A DNA stretch of 64,000 nucleotides from NCBI GenBank assembly GCA_024679065.1, contig JAGIQG010000011.1, positions 34,658,001 through 34,722,000 on the forward strand. The letters run 5' to 3'. The position numbers and the translations under genes were made by a program. This stretch comes from Sphyrna mokarran. Its lineage: Eukaryota. Under the pieces are notes generated by a model, which made no database searches, was not told where the DNA came from, and saw nothing but the letters and a program-made list of their open reading frames with translations. This document shows positions 49,910 to 62,659 of this stretch, in pieces (the first letter of the stretch is position 1; the number at the start of each line of letters is the position of its first letter).

Positions 49910-50445
49910 ATCTTTGTGTGCTGGTTGCATTATCAGAAGGATATGGAAGCTTTGGAGGAAGTGCAAAGAAGGTTCATCAGGGTATTGCCTGGTCTCGAGG
50001 GTGTTGAGGAGAGCTTGAATAAACTAGAATTGTTTTCACTAGAACGATGGAAGCTAGGGGCAGACCTGATAGAGAACTACAAAATTGTGAGAGATACAGA
50101 CAGGGTAATAGTCAAAGGGTTTCTCCCAAAGTGGAAGTGTCAATTACAAGGGGGCAAAGGTTCAAGTGAGAGGGGAAAGTTTAAGGGAGATGTGCAGGGG
50201 AAATTTTTCACGCAGCGAGTGGTGGGTGCCTGGAAAAAAACTGCCAGAGGAAGTGGTGAAAATAGGCACATTAGCAACATTTAAGAGGCATCTGGATGAG
50301 CACATGAATAGGGAGGGAATACAGGAATATGGACTAAGGGCAGAAGGTTTTTTTTAGTTTAGTTAGTGTATCATGAACAGCACGGGCATGGAGGGCTGAA
50401 AGGCCTGTTCCTGTGCTGTATTTTTCTTTGATCTTTGTTCTAACA
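49910..50445 (+). mobile_element. CR1 LINE 3' end
   Basis: QKDMEALEEVQRRFIRVLPG...FFTQRVVGAW plus 3' UTR. Confidence 0.9.
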
Positions 50446-50579
50446 GAAGCAGTTTGGATTTTATGAAGGAAAGGCAGCTAGAAGATTAGTTCTAGATTGC
50501 AATTAATGGAAGAAATTTATAGTGGTCCTTACAGAGCCTTGTTACAAAAAGCACTTAGCAGAGTTAGCTTTGAGAAACT

Positions 50580-51130
50580 GTGGGAAGGCATTTCGATCTG
50601 CTAACAACCCAAAGAAGATCAGAGGCTGTGATTCTGTGTGTGAATCTTCTCATTCCCCAAATCATCTCCACCATTTCTAAGCTCAACTCAGAAGTGTGAT
50701 GAAATACTCTCCACTTGCCTGGATAATTGCAACTTAACCAGCACAATAAACACTTGAACATTCACTCTACAGCATTGGTGCACAGTGGCAACAGTTTGTC
50801 TAATCTACTAGATGCAACTTGTCAAGGCTGACTTTGTGACTATTATTGCTTGAAGATCAAAAGGAAACAGGTGCATGGGAATACCACAAACCTCAAGTTA
50901 CCCTCCAAGACTCACATCATTGTGACTCAGAAACATATCACCATTCTTTCATCATCACTGGGACGTGATTCTGGCTTTCCCTACCGAGCAGCATTGCAGG
51001 TGGACTTAAACCACGCTGACTGCAATGGTTTAAGAACGCAGTTCTCTATCACCTTCTCCAGGATAATTACAGATAGGCAATAAGTGCTGGCCTTACCAAT
51101 GACGCCCACGTCCCATGAATCATTAAAAAA
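50580..51130 (+). mobile_element. LINE family B 3' end
   Basis: Homologous to 27900-28510; tail ggcaataagtgctggccttaccaatgacgcccacgtcccatgaat. Confidence 0.7.
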
Positions 51131-51869
51131 CAAAGTCAAAAACCAAACCCTTCTGCAGCTAGCAAACTTCTTGTTAATCCTCTCACTGATTTTTCAAAGC
51201 TTAGCTCATGCTGGAAACACCCTCTTTACCTTCAACATCCATTCAACAGCCCAATCTTTATATTTTGGTGTTGAACATCAGTAGTCTATTCAAACATCAA
51301 TTCTCTTCTTATCTGATGTAAGCTGTTACATTTAGTTATTTCATGGTAGATTTTGGTCACTAACTCAAACAGGGAATTGCATTGTATTGTGGTTCTGACT
51401 CATTTTTTTACTGCATCGGTTAAAATTTATTCCTGGTCTAGAGTATTATTTCAGGGCTTAAGAAATTAAATCTGTGATTTATGTCCCAAAAGTACAACTA
51501 AATTAGAAATTGATTCATTGAAGGTTAGTGTTATATGAAAAAGTCCTGCCAACAGTACAGGTGCAACTACAGAAGTCACAAAGATAAGTTTATGTCCTGT
51601 TTCTATAACACTGGTGGCAGATATTTAGATGCAACGTACGGCCAGGTTCCATTTCTGAAAGTCAACTCAAAAGAATGTTGCCTGAGGATAGACTTATGAG
51701 TTCCAAATAGCAACACCCAGATAAAACAATTGGTTTCAACCAGATTTGTTTTGCTTTATGAATATTGTTTTCTACCTAATAAAGGAATCTGGGGTTTCCG
51801 TAAATTTTTGACTCATAACACTTCTCAAAAAAATGACAGAGACATATTATTTTTTTCCAACACTCTATT

Positions 51870-52110
51870 TCATAGAATCTTAGAATCAAGAATCCCAACA
51901 ATGCAGAAGGAGGCCATTCGACCCATCGATGCTGCACCAACTTTCTGACAGACAATCTTACCCAGGCCCAACCCTTTCCCACCCTTTTTCCGTAACCCTA
52001 TATATTTATCCACTAATCCTCATAATCTACACATTTTGAGATACTAAGGAATAATTTAGCATGGCCAACCTACCTAACCTTCACATCTTTGGACACTGGG
52101 AAGAAACCGG
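51870..52110 (-). mobile_element. HE1-like V-SINE, head truncated
   Basis: catagaatc tail through cacatctttggacactgggaagaaacc. Confidence 0.75.
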
Positions 52111-52667
52111 AAAAAGTTTCTTAAAGCTTAGAAAGTTATGCTTCTTCCCAAATGTGAAAATGTTCATTTCAGTTCCAGAAGACAAGTTATTGCAAATAAC
52201 TTGCATTCTAAATAATAATCACTTAAACTGGAAAGAAAATCTTTTATTTCTGGTTGCTATAAAAGTTAGTGGATCCCAAAATGGAAGTGCACTGAGGGGA
52301 TTCATTAAGTTGTTTTCAGATGGCTTCTTAAGATATCCAAATGCATGCGTCTTGGCAAACAGAATTCAGATCCTTTCTCAAATACACAAACAGGAAATTG
52401 TACAATCCTCCCTGTAATTGGATAACTAATTATATGTAGATTTCATTGTTAAGTGTTGACTGTAAATTTGAGTAGGAGGCATGCAAATATCCTGGTGTCA
52501 CCACAACAATTACAAAAGAGATGCTTTGATAAATTGTAATGACTCAAATGTCATTTAAGAATGCATTCTATCCAATGCTGTATGCTTATTATCTTCTAAG
52601 TAATGGTCAATTACCTTTCAAATGTTAACCATGCATTACTTTAAACAATTTCACAGTATATTATAAT

Positions 52668-55600
52668 TTTAAGTTTATTTATTAGTATTACAAGTCAGCT
52701 TACATTAACAATATAATAAATTGGTGTGAAAATCCCCAAGTCAGCACACTCCGACATCTGTTTGGACGCATGAAGGGAGAATTTAGCATGGCCAATGCGC
52801 CTAACAAGCACATCTTTGGACTGCAGGAGGAAACCAGACAACCCTCAGGACTACTACATATACCACGTGCTAGTGAGAGTAGGAATAGGAGGATTAAGTA
52901 GATGAATGCCTGCCTTGAGACTGGTACAGGAGGCAGAGACTTAGATTTTTGGATCATTGGGATCTTTTCTGTGTTGGCTGATAGGTTCAAGAGAGATGGG
53001 TTACATTTGAACACGAGGAGGATTAACATCCTGGTGGGGAGATTTGCTGGAGCCACTCAGAAGGGTTTAAACTAATTTGGCAGGGGGATTGGATCCAAAG
53101 CAGTAGGGTGACAGAAGAGAAGTTTGAGGACAGTACATTTAAGAGAAGCACATTTCTTAAGTTAAAGAGAGCACATTTATTATTAAAGGCAATGTCAGTA
53201 ATGCTAGTACCAGACAGATCAGGCAAAAGCAAGACAGAGAGCGAAGGAAGTCCAGATTAAGCTGCATTTATCTCAATGCAAGAGGCCTGACGGGCAAAGC
53301 AGATGAACTCGGCATTGATGGGTATGTGAGACTGGGATATTATAGCAATTACTGAAACATGGACATGGCTAAGGGAGGGTCAGGACTGGCAGCTGAATGT
53401 TTTAGGGTACAGATGCTGTGGGAAAGATTGAACAGGAGGTAAGAGAGAAGGAGGAGTTGCACTTTTGATCAGGAAAGCATCATGGCCATACTGAGATATA
53501 TCTGAGGTTTTGGTCACTGAGTCCATACAGGTAGAACTGAGAAATAAGAACGGGGAAATCACTTTGATAGGTTGTACTATAGGCTCTCAAATTGTCAGCA
53601 GGAGATTGAGGAGAAAATATGTAAGGAAATTACAGATAGCTCCAAGAAAAATTGGGTTGTAATAGTCCGAGATTTTCATTTTCCCAACACTGACTGGGAC
53701 AGCCATAGTGTTAGAGGGTTCGATGGAGAGAAATTTGTTGTATGTATTCAGGAGGAATTTCTCATTCAGTATGTGGATGGCCTGACTAGAGAGGGAGCAA
53801 AACTTAAGCGCTTTTGGGAAATAATGAAGGATAAGTGACAGAAGTGTTAGTGAGGAATTACTTTGGGACCAGTGAACATAATTCTCTTTGTTTTAAGATA
53901 GCTAAGGAGAGTGATAGGTCTGTCCCAAAAGCTAAAATTCTAAATCTGGGGCAAGGTCAATTTTGATAGTGTCATGCAGGAACTTTCAAAAGTTAATTGG
54001 GGGAGTCTGTGGGGAGGCAAAGGGACATCTGATAAGTAGCATGCTTTCAAAAGTGTGTTAACCAGGGTTAACACGCTTTCTCTTAGAGTGAAGGGCAAGG
54101 TTGCAGAAATCGGGAACCCTGGATGACCCGGAATATTGAGGCCCTGGTCTAGAAGAAGAAAGAGGCACATGACGTGCATGGGCAGCTGGGATCAAGTGAA
54201 TGTCTTGAAGAGTATAGGGGGTTAAGAATAGAGATAAGAGAGAAATCAGGAGGGCAAAAAGGGGACACAAAATTATTTTGGCAGATAAGGCAAAGGAGAA
54301 TCCAAAGAGTTTCTACAAATACATAAAGGGCAAAAAAGTAACAAGGAAGAGAGTAGGGCCTCTTAAAAATCAACAAGGTCATCTATGTGTGGATCCATAA
54401 GAAATGGGTGAGATCCTAAATGAATATTTCTCATCAGTGTTTACTGTTGAGAAAAACATGCATGTTAGGGAACTTGGGGAAATAAATATTGATGTCTTAA
54501 GGAGTTACATGTTACAGAGAAGGAGATGTTGCAAGTCTTGTTGCATCAAGGTAGATAAATCTGCAGGACCTGATGAGGTATATCCCAGAACGTTGTGGGA
54601 GGCTAGGGAGGAAATTGTGCATCCCCTAGTTGAGATATTTGAATCATCAATAGTCACAGGTGAGGTGCCTGAAGATTGAAAGTTGGCAATTGTTGTGCCT
54701 TTGTTTAAAAAGGGCTGCAGGGAAAAGCCTGGAAACTACAGGCTAGTGAGCCTCACATCTGTGGTGGGTAAATTGTTGGAAGGTATTTTGAGAAACAGGA
54801 TCTACAGGCATTTAGAGAGACAAGGAATGATTAGGAACAGTCAGCATAACTTTGTGAGTGGAAAACCATGCCTCACAAATTTGATTGAATTTTTGAAGGG
54901 GTAACCAAAAAGGTAGATGAGGGCATGTGGATTTTAGTAAGGCCTTTGACAAGGTACTGCATGGTAGGTTGTTGCATAAAGTTATATCTCACGGATCCAG
55001 GGTCACATATCTAAATGGATATAAAATTGGCTTTTTGATAGAAGCCAGAAGCTGGTTGCAGAGAGTTGTTTTTCAAATTGGAGGCCTGTGATCAGCGGTG
55101 TGCCTCAGGGATCAGTGCTGGGCTCACTGTTATTTGTCATTTAGATTAATGATTTGGATGAGAATATAGGGGCATGGTTAGTTAGTGTGCAGATGACAGC
55201 AAGATTGGTGGCATGGTGGACAGTGAGGAAGCTTATCTCCAATTGCAATGGGATGTTGATCAGTTGAGCCAGTGGGCTGACAAATTCCAGATGGAGTTTA
55301 ATTTAGACAAATGCAAGATAATGCATTTTGGTAGATTGAACCAGGGCAGGACTTACTCAGTTAACGATAGGACGTTGGGGAGAGTTATAGAACAAAGAGA
55401 TGTGGAGGTACAGCTCCTTGAAAGTGGAATCACAAGCGAACAGAATGGTGAAGAGGCATGCTTGGTTTCATCCATCAGAACATTGAATACAGAAGTTGGG
55501 ACATCTTGTTAAAGTTGTACAAGATATTGGTAAGGCCACACTTGGAATATTGTGTGCAATTCTGATCATCCTATTGTAGAAAGGATATTATTAAACTAAA

Positions 55601-56225
55601 AAGAGTGCAGAAAAGATTTACTAGGATACTACTGGGACTTGATGGATTGAGTTACAAGGAAAGGCTGAATAGACTGGGACATCTTTCTCTGGAGTGTAGG
55701 AGGCTGAAGGGTGACCGTATAGACACCTATAAAAAATGAGAGGCATAGACAAAGTACATAGTCAATATCTTTTCTGAAATGTAGGAGAATCTAAAACGAG
55801 AGGGCATAGGTTTAAAGTGAGAGGGGAGAGATACAAAAGTGTCCAGAGGACAAATTTTTTAACACAGAGAATGGTGAGTGGCTGGGACAAGCTGTTAGAG
55901 ATAATAGTAGAGGTGGGTACAATTTTATCTTTTAAAAAGCATTTAGATAGTTACATGGATATGATGGGTGTAGAGGGATATGGGCCAAAAGCGGGCAATT
56001 AGGATTAGCTTAAGGGTTTTTAAAAAACATAAGGGTGGCATGGACAAGTTGGGCCAAAGGGCCTGTTTCCATGTTGTAAACCTCTATGACTCTATAACCC
56101 AGAGGAAGCCCCTACAGACAAGGGAAAAATGTGCAGACTCTGCACAGACAGTAATCCAAGCTGGGAATCGAAATTGGGCCCCTAGCGCTGTGAGGCAGCA
56201 GTGCTAACCATTGTGTCACCACGCC
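52668..56225 (-). mobile_element. Alternative-tail V-SINE split into 52668-52844 and 56096-56225 by a CR1 insertion
   Basis: The two halves join into a sequence collinear with 12362-12655; aaccc is duplicated at the junctions. Confidence 0.8.
52845..56095 (+). mobile_element. CR1/HER1-like LINE, ~3.2 kb: ORF1 esterase C-terminus and decayed ORF2 (APE, RT)
   Basis: ORF1 end LDFWII/FKRDGLHLN, APE motif DFHFPNTDW, RT motifs VPLFKKGCREKPGNYRLVSLTSVVGKLLE and VPQGSVLG, and a ctctatgactctat tail. Confidence 0.95.
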
Positions 56226-57445
56226 ACTCAAAAGTGAGATCCTACTGAGATTTCATACAAAACATCACTTGAAACAAGATTGAATATATCAGTCTCTGAG
56301 GGCCCACTAAATGCAATTGCTAATGAAAAAACCAACAGTGTCCAGAGCACAAAACAACTCATAATTGACAATCTCATTCGGGGTAACAGGATGGTGAGTG
56401 CAGTACAATGCATGTAACTTTTAACATTCAGATTGAACCTCCTATGGTAGCCACTGAGAGTCAGGCTGCTGAGGAGATCTGTTCAAGTTTTCTAGTATGG
56501 TAGTTGTGGGACAATGTAGGAGGTGATTAAACTTGCTTGTTCTAATTTTAGATCACTTTGAGTTAATCAACAACTTATGACACAAAATATGACAATTGTT
56601 ATACCTCAGGAAGTATTCAATGCTGGAAAGGCATAGATTCTTGATAGTAATTCAGTTTTAAATAGAGTAACTTCCTGCTACTGTTTCTTATCCTGCTACA
56701 CTTGATCTGAAAATGTTGATGTAGCGCTTGCCAAGTATTACATTCATTAAACAATCACATCTGTCTCCTTTATAGGCAATCACCATACACATAAATTAAA
56801 TGGACCGCACCCTAGAATTGAAGATTGAGACATCTAGAGGCTAAATTTATTGTTGACAGGGACAATTTACACAATATGAGCAAGAATTCAATTAATTGAT
56901 CATGTCTAAATAGTACTTGTCACCAATAAACAAGATATAGTGAAACCCCGATTTTACATGCCCCGATTTAGCACAAGTTTGATGAATCGTTCGACCCTTT
57001 TTTTACACAAAAAAATCTACATCTTCTCTTTCCTCTTACATTCTAATTGTATTGAAATTACAACTGTTGAAATTAAGAATAATCACAATCTATTTTAACT
57101 CATTCTTTGCCGGGACCTCAAGCCTACAGCATTCCTTGTCTCATTCAATTATCCTTCTTTCTGCAAAATACTAGGTTTCCAAAAACTCTATTATTGATAT
57201 ACATTTCTGATTTACCCAATTAGTTTTCAACCTTGGCAGTACCTGCCTATGAACTGTCACTCATTTTATTTTCCTTGATCAAAAATATGACAATAAGCAG
57301 ATAGAACTGTGACGAAGGCTTATAATGTGTTAATGTTTATTAACAAGGATTTAAGTTTAAGAGCCATGGGGTTATGCTGCAACTATACTGGACCTTGGTG
57401 AGACCACATTTGGAATATTGTGTGCAGTTCTAGTCACCTCACTAT

Positions 57446-60400
57446 TATTTGTCCATCATCATCAATGAGTACCTCGACACCATTAGTCATTTTGAGGCTG
57501 TTTTCAGTTTGTCCGAAGATGACTGATCAGGCCAATTTGGGCACGGAATGTCCTGGCACATATTGGACAGACTTGTGTAGACACTGCAGTTGTTGCGCTG
57601 GTAAGCTTGACAGCCTTTGTGGATGAGGCAGTGCCAGGTTGGGCGATTTTGTGCCAGCATTTCCCAGGTAGTCGTGTCATCGTCAAGCGACTTCAGGAAG
57701 GCCTTGAGTGTGTCTTTGAAACACTTCTTCTGCCCTCCTGCCTTCCAGCAGAGAGTTCCCAAAAAGGAGCTGATTGGATATATGCTCGTCTGTGGAGCAT
57801 ATATCCACAGACATATATGCCTGTCCTCCATATATATGCATGACCTGCCCACCAGATCTGCACTCTCAACAGTAGTGTGGGGACTGATTCTAGACATGCT
57901 CTAGAAAGAACTTCAGTGCCTGGTAGTTTGTCTTGCCACTGGATGCGTAATATTCTGCGAAGACAGGTCATGTGGAAATGATCGAGCTGTCTTGCATGCC
58001 TTCAATACACAGTCCACGTTTCAGAGGCATACAGGAGGGTAGTGAACACCGCAGGGCTGTAGACCTTCGGTTTTGTTGTTGCGCTGATTCCTCAACATTC
58101 CCATACAGTGGAGTGCAGTGTACCGAAAGCAGAACTTGCCTTGGCTATTCTACAGTTAATAGTCACTGTGTGGGAGAGGGTACTACCAAAATAAGTGAAC
58201 TAATTCACTGTCTGCAGTTTCTGCCCTTTGATTGTGATTATGATTCTGTGTACGGTGCCCGAGGAGCAACTGGTGCATGACTTCAGTCTTTTTAATGTTG
58301 TGACAAGTGGTGGAACGTTTGTCCATACTGACTTGCATCTCTGGCTCTGAGCCAGTCTATAGGGCGCAATCATAGCAAAGAGGAAGTCTCTCAGAATAGT
58401 CTCCTTCACTTTAGTAATAGCTTGAAGTCTCCTCAGGTTGAAGAGTTTCCCATCCACTCTGTAGTTGAGGCTGATTCCAGCAACACTGTCCTGGAATGCA
58501 TCATTCAACATGGCACTAAACATCATGTTGAACAGTATGGGTGTGAGCTTGACGCCGTTGGTGACTGGGAATGCCTCAGAGGATTCTCTGCCATCCAGTA
58601 CTCTAGCCATCATGCTACCATGGAACTAACATACCATCTGAATGAATTTGGGGGGGCAGCTAAACTTTGTCATGATCCTCCACAAGCTTTGTCGGCTTAC
58701 AATGTCAAAGGCTTTCACGGGGTCAACAAAGGTTGTATAGAGCTCGCGATACTTCTCCTGAAGTTGGCGCACAGCAAAAATCATGTCAATAGTCCCACGA
58801 TCTATGCGGAAGCCACACTGTGACTCTGCAAACAGGCCCAGCTCCAGATGAGTGACCAGACGATTTAGCAGAACTCTTGCGAGGGTTTTTCCTGTGATGG
58901 AGGGCAGCGAGATTCGTCGGTGGTTGTTGCATACTTGCTGATTTCCCTTCCTCTTGTAAAGGGGTATGATGGAAGCATCTTTAAGTTCCTGAGGAACATA
59001 TCCTTGTGTCCAAAAGGACTGGAACAACTCAGTAAGTTTCTTGATAAGTAAAGGACCAGCAGCTTTGTAGATCTCTGCGGGTATGGCATCTGCCCCTGGG
59101 GCTTTGTCACTGAATAGCTGGCTGACAGCTTATGTGACTTTGGCTACTAACGGTGGGTCATCCGTGGCCCTGTTGATATCAGCCTGGGGAATCCTGTCTA
59201 TTGTCTCATCGTTAATAGATGACAGTTGGTTCAGGACAGTTTCAAAGTGTTCAGCCCATCTCTGCAGGATCTGAGCCCTCTTTATAATGAGAGTTGTACC
59301 ATCTGTACTCAGGAGGAGGGAACTCCTGAGAGATTGAGTTTCATGGAGAGTATTGAGAGCTTCATAGAACCATTTCAAGTTGTTTCTGTCAGCTTATGCC
59401 TGTATTTCATCTGCCTTGGTGCTCAGCCAGGCATCCAAGATTTTACGCAGTTTATTCTGGACTGTCCTATGAGCACTGGTAAAAGCGATTTTCTTGGCAG
59501 CCTGAAAATGGGTCATTCTGACAGGGCCGATGAAAACGGTGCTTTTCAACAAATAGAGCCTGTATCTCCTCATCAATCTCATCAAACCAGTCATGCTGCT
59601 TGCATGTGGAGGGCTCGAGCGTCTTCAACGCAGATGTATGGATAGCATCCCTGAAGCGTTCCCAGTCGTTCTCAGTGTTGCCTCCAAGATATAGGTCAGC
59701 AAGCTTGATTTCTAAATCTCCAACCAGTGCTGAAGCTATGCTGGGGTTCTTTAGCTTGGCTGCATTGATTATTTTCAAAACCTTGCTTCCTAGTGGTCGC
59801 CTCTTGGGTCTGATACGGACCCTCATTTTGGAGACAATGAGCCAGTGATCTGTCCAGCAGTCAGTGCCACACATGACCTTGGTCACTCTGACATCCTGCC
59901 TGTCCTTTCTCCTGACAATGACATAATCGATAAGATGTCAATGCTTAAAGCAGGAGTACATCCAAGAGGTCTTATTATAGGTAGGCAGATGGAAGATTGT
60001 GTTGGTGATGAGGAGGTTGTGTGCTGCACAGGTCTTCATTAAGAGTAGGCCGTTACTGTTACCCTTGCCCATTCCATGCCTCCCAATGACTCCCTGCCAG
60101 ATTGCAGAGTCACAGCCTACTCTTGCATTGAAATTTCCAAGCAAGATCAGCTTATTGGTACTGCTCACTGCTGATAATGGGCCATATAATTCTTCGTAGA
60201 ACTTGTCTTTCATGTCGTCTGGGTTGTTCATTGTGGGGACATAGGCGCTGATCAGGGTGGCTTAACTTCTGTTTTGTAGCGGAAGTTGTAATGTCATAAG
60301 CCGGTCATTTGCACCCTTGGGTAGACTATCAAGTTTCCAAACAAAGTGACTCTTGATGGCAAATCCAACTCCAGCATCACGAAAAAATGTTATCACAAAA

Positions 60401-61544
60401 AAAGCAAGGTCATGTTAAATCAGGGCATCAGCTTTGTGCTGAGCGCCTTGGTATTTAATTTAAGTCCCACAATTTTTGAAGTGCATGTCAGTAGCATACT
60501 GGTAAGTTTTGCCAGAAAAAAAAGTGTATCCACCTCCAGTTTCAATCAACTGACCTATGTTGGCAAGACAAGTTTCACTCAGGGCTGCAATGTCAATGTT
60601 GTATCTTGCAGGCTCTCTGGCAACTAAGGCTATTTTTCTCTCTGGTCTGTCTGCTGTAGGGTTGTCCAAAAGTGTGCGCATATTTCCAGTGCCAATAGTG
60701 AGTGGCTTCACCTTGTGTTTTATTTTGTGTATTCGACTGCAAGATGGGATCCCCGCCAGCCGCTGTAAACTGGCCAGGTATAGTGAAATAGGCAATGTTT
60801 AGAGCACTTTTCTTGCCTCTTCCTCATTCTATGGAGGTAAGCAGTGCGTTCCTGAAGAGGACTGCTCAGTCACCCAGGTAGACACTAAGTTTCACTGCTA
60901 CTTTGGTCAGCAGAAAGCGACCATAAGACCTGAGCCACCTGTGTGCAGATCCGTGACTACAGCTCCCAGTGTATCCACACCTGCTGCTTTGCTGCTCGCC
61001 CATCGCCACACGGCTTCAAGGGTTGAACAGAGTTGATGATGATGGTGTCAAGGTTAGCACTTGATTTGAATTAAAATGAGGGAGAGTTGCGCAGCGTCGG
61101 CCTCAGTCTCTCTTCCCAATTCCCACTAGGTCCACTGGCAAGACAAGAGTCAAGACAGCTGGAGATGGGACTAGGTGCAGTGGATGATCGGAACATCTTC
61201 TGTGTCTTGTCCTGCTCTTCGCATTCCACGATGCTTGCAGAGACCGCCTTCTTGACCTTTGGACCTTCCATTGGTCTCGTCAGAATCCACTGGAGTCTGT
61301 TTTCACATGCTGGGATAGACATCTCCCTATCTCACCAAGGGTTGAGACCCGCCTGCTACCCTAACCTGGTTTAGCCGTCTTGTTGAAGCCATTGCCTGCA
61401 GTGTGGCTGCTGTTACATGCAAACAGCTATGGGGAGCCAAAGGTGAGGGCTAATTGCTACGTGTGGACAAACCGCCCTGAAACGACGTGACATGTACCCC
61501 CAACAGAGGTACTACAGCTCCCTGACACCCCATACATGCCCATA
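57446..61544 (-). mobile_element. Full-length (~4.1 kb) decayed RTE-clade LINE
   Basis: APE N-terminus LTIGTGNMRTLLDNPTADRPER...YNIDIAALSET, RT motifs LYKRKGNQQVCNNHRRISL and ESQCGFR, C-terminal CPICARTFRAQIGLISHLRT, and a gat-repeat tail. 11-bp TSD cacctc(a/g)ctat at 57435-57445 and 61545-61555. Confidence 0.93.
60384..60512. repeat. ~130-bp inverted copy of 62215-62346 inserted in the RTE endonuclease domain
   Basis: By hand count about 12 substitutions and one 3-bp indel versus the reverse complement of 62215-62346. It interrupts GYTFFW...RDAGVGFAIK. Confidence 0.9.
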
Positions 61545-62659
61545 CACCTCGCTATAAGAAGAATTGGAGAGAGTGCAGAGGAGATTTACCAGAATGCTGC
61601 CTTGTTTGGAGGGTAGGTCTTATGAGGAAAGGTTGAGGGAGCTGGGCCTTTTTTTTTTAGAGTGGAGAAGGATGAGAAGCGACTTAATAGAGGTTTATAA
61701 GATGATGGGGGATAGAGTAGACATGCAGAGACTATTTCCTCGGTGGATGTAGCTATTACTAGGGGGCATAACTATAAGCTTCATGATGGGAGATATTGGA
61801 GGGATGTCTAAGGTAGATTCTTTACTCAGAGAGTGGTTGGGGTATGGAATGCACTGCCTGCTGCGATAGTGGAATCAGACACTTTTAGGAATTTTCAAGC
61901 AGTTATTGGATAGGCACATGGAGCACACCAGAATGATAGGGAGTGGGATAGCTTGATCTTGGGTTTGGACATAGTTCGGCACACATCGAGGGCTGAACAG
62001 CCTGTACTTTGCTGTACTTTTCTATGTTTCTAAGATCCAGGAGATTTCCTGCTCACTTCTTGTCAGCCAGTAGTACACAATGGCTGAGGATGCAAAAGGT
62101 GCAAAGAAATTTAACAAAACATTTTCTCATTTTCCCCAAGGTTTCTATAATTCAGTAGTACATTAGTGGCTGAATATCCCATGCACTATTTCACCTACCA
62201 AAACCAGGTCAACTGCAAAACTTACCAGGATGCTACTGACAAACAGCACTTCAAAGATGGTGAGACTTAGATTAAACGCCAAGGCGCTCAGCGCAAAGTT
62301 GATGCCCTGATTTAACATGACCTTGTTTTTTTTGCGATAACATTTTATGAACCTCAACTATCGTGTAATAACGGGGCTGCACTGTGCTGCAGTTTGATTA
62401 CCTAGTGTTACAAATTGCAAAAAATTCTTTTGAAGGTAAGTTACAACAGCATAAGAAGGTTGTCAGACCTCACAGCTAATGCAAAGAAAAGCAAATATCT
62501 TGATTCCTGACTTGAGAGAGAAGAGCTAGTGAGAAGTACCACATAGCTAGAGCTCTTCAACCTCAGGAGTTATCAGAAAGGAAGGAGTCACCAGATAGAA
62601 AAGTTAAACCGGAAACAAATGTTGTCAATATGCCAGAACATGCAGACAGTTCTTGCAAA

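Larger units (their letters stand above)
57285..62030 (+). mobile_element. CR1 3' fragment split into 57285-57445 and 61545-62030
   Basis: VMLQLYWTLVRPHLEYCVQF*SPHY continues as [13 protein letters not shown] after the RTE insert. Confidence 0.85.
56938..62384. mobile_element. Putative Tigger/pogo-like non-autonomous DNA element hosting nested CR1 and RTE
   Basis: Left end TA|tagtgaaaccccgattttac and right end gtaataacggggctgcactg|tg form imperfect TIRs of CAGT-type TcMar elements. Confidence 0.5.

Noticed and set aside
60346-62357. Two similar ORFs (KVMLNQGI..LSAL.FNLS..IFEV) suggesting a paralogous small-gene pair
   Set aside because: The similarity comes from the DNA-level inverted copy. 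One copy sits inside an RTE ORF and neither has gene structure.
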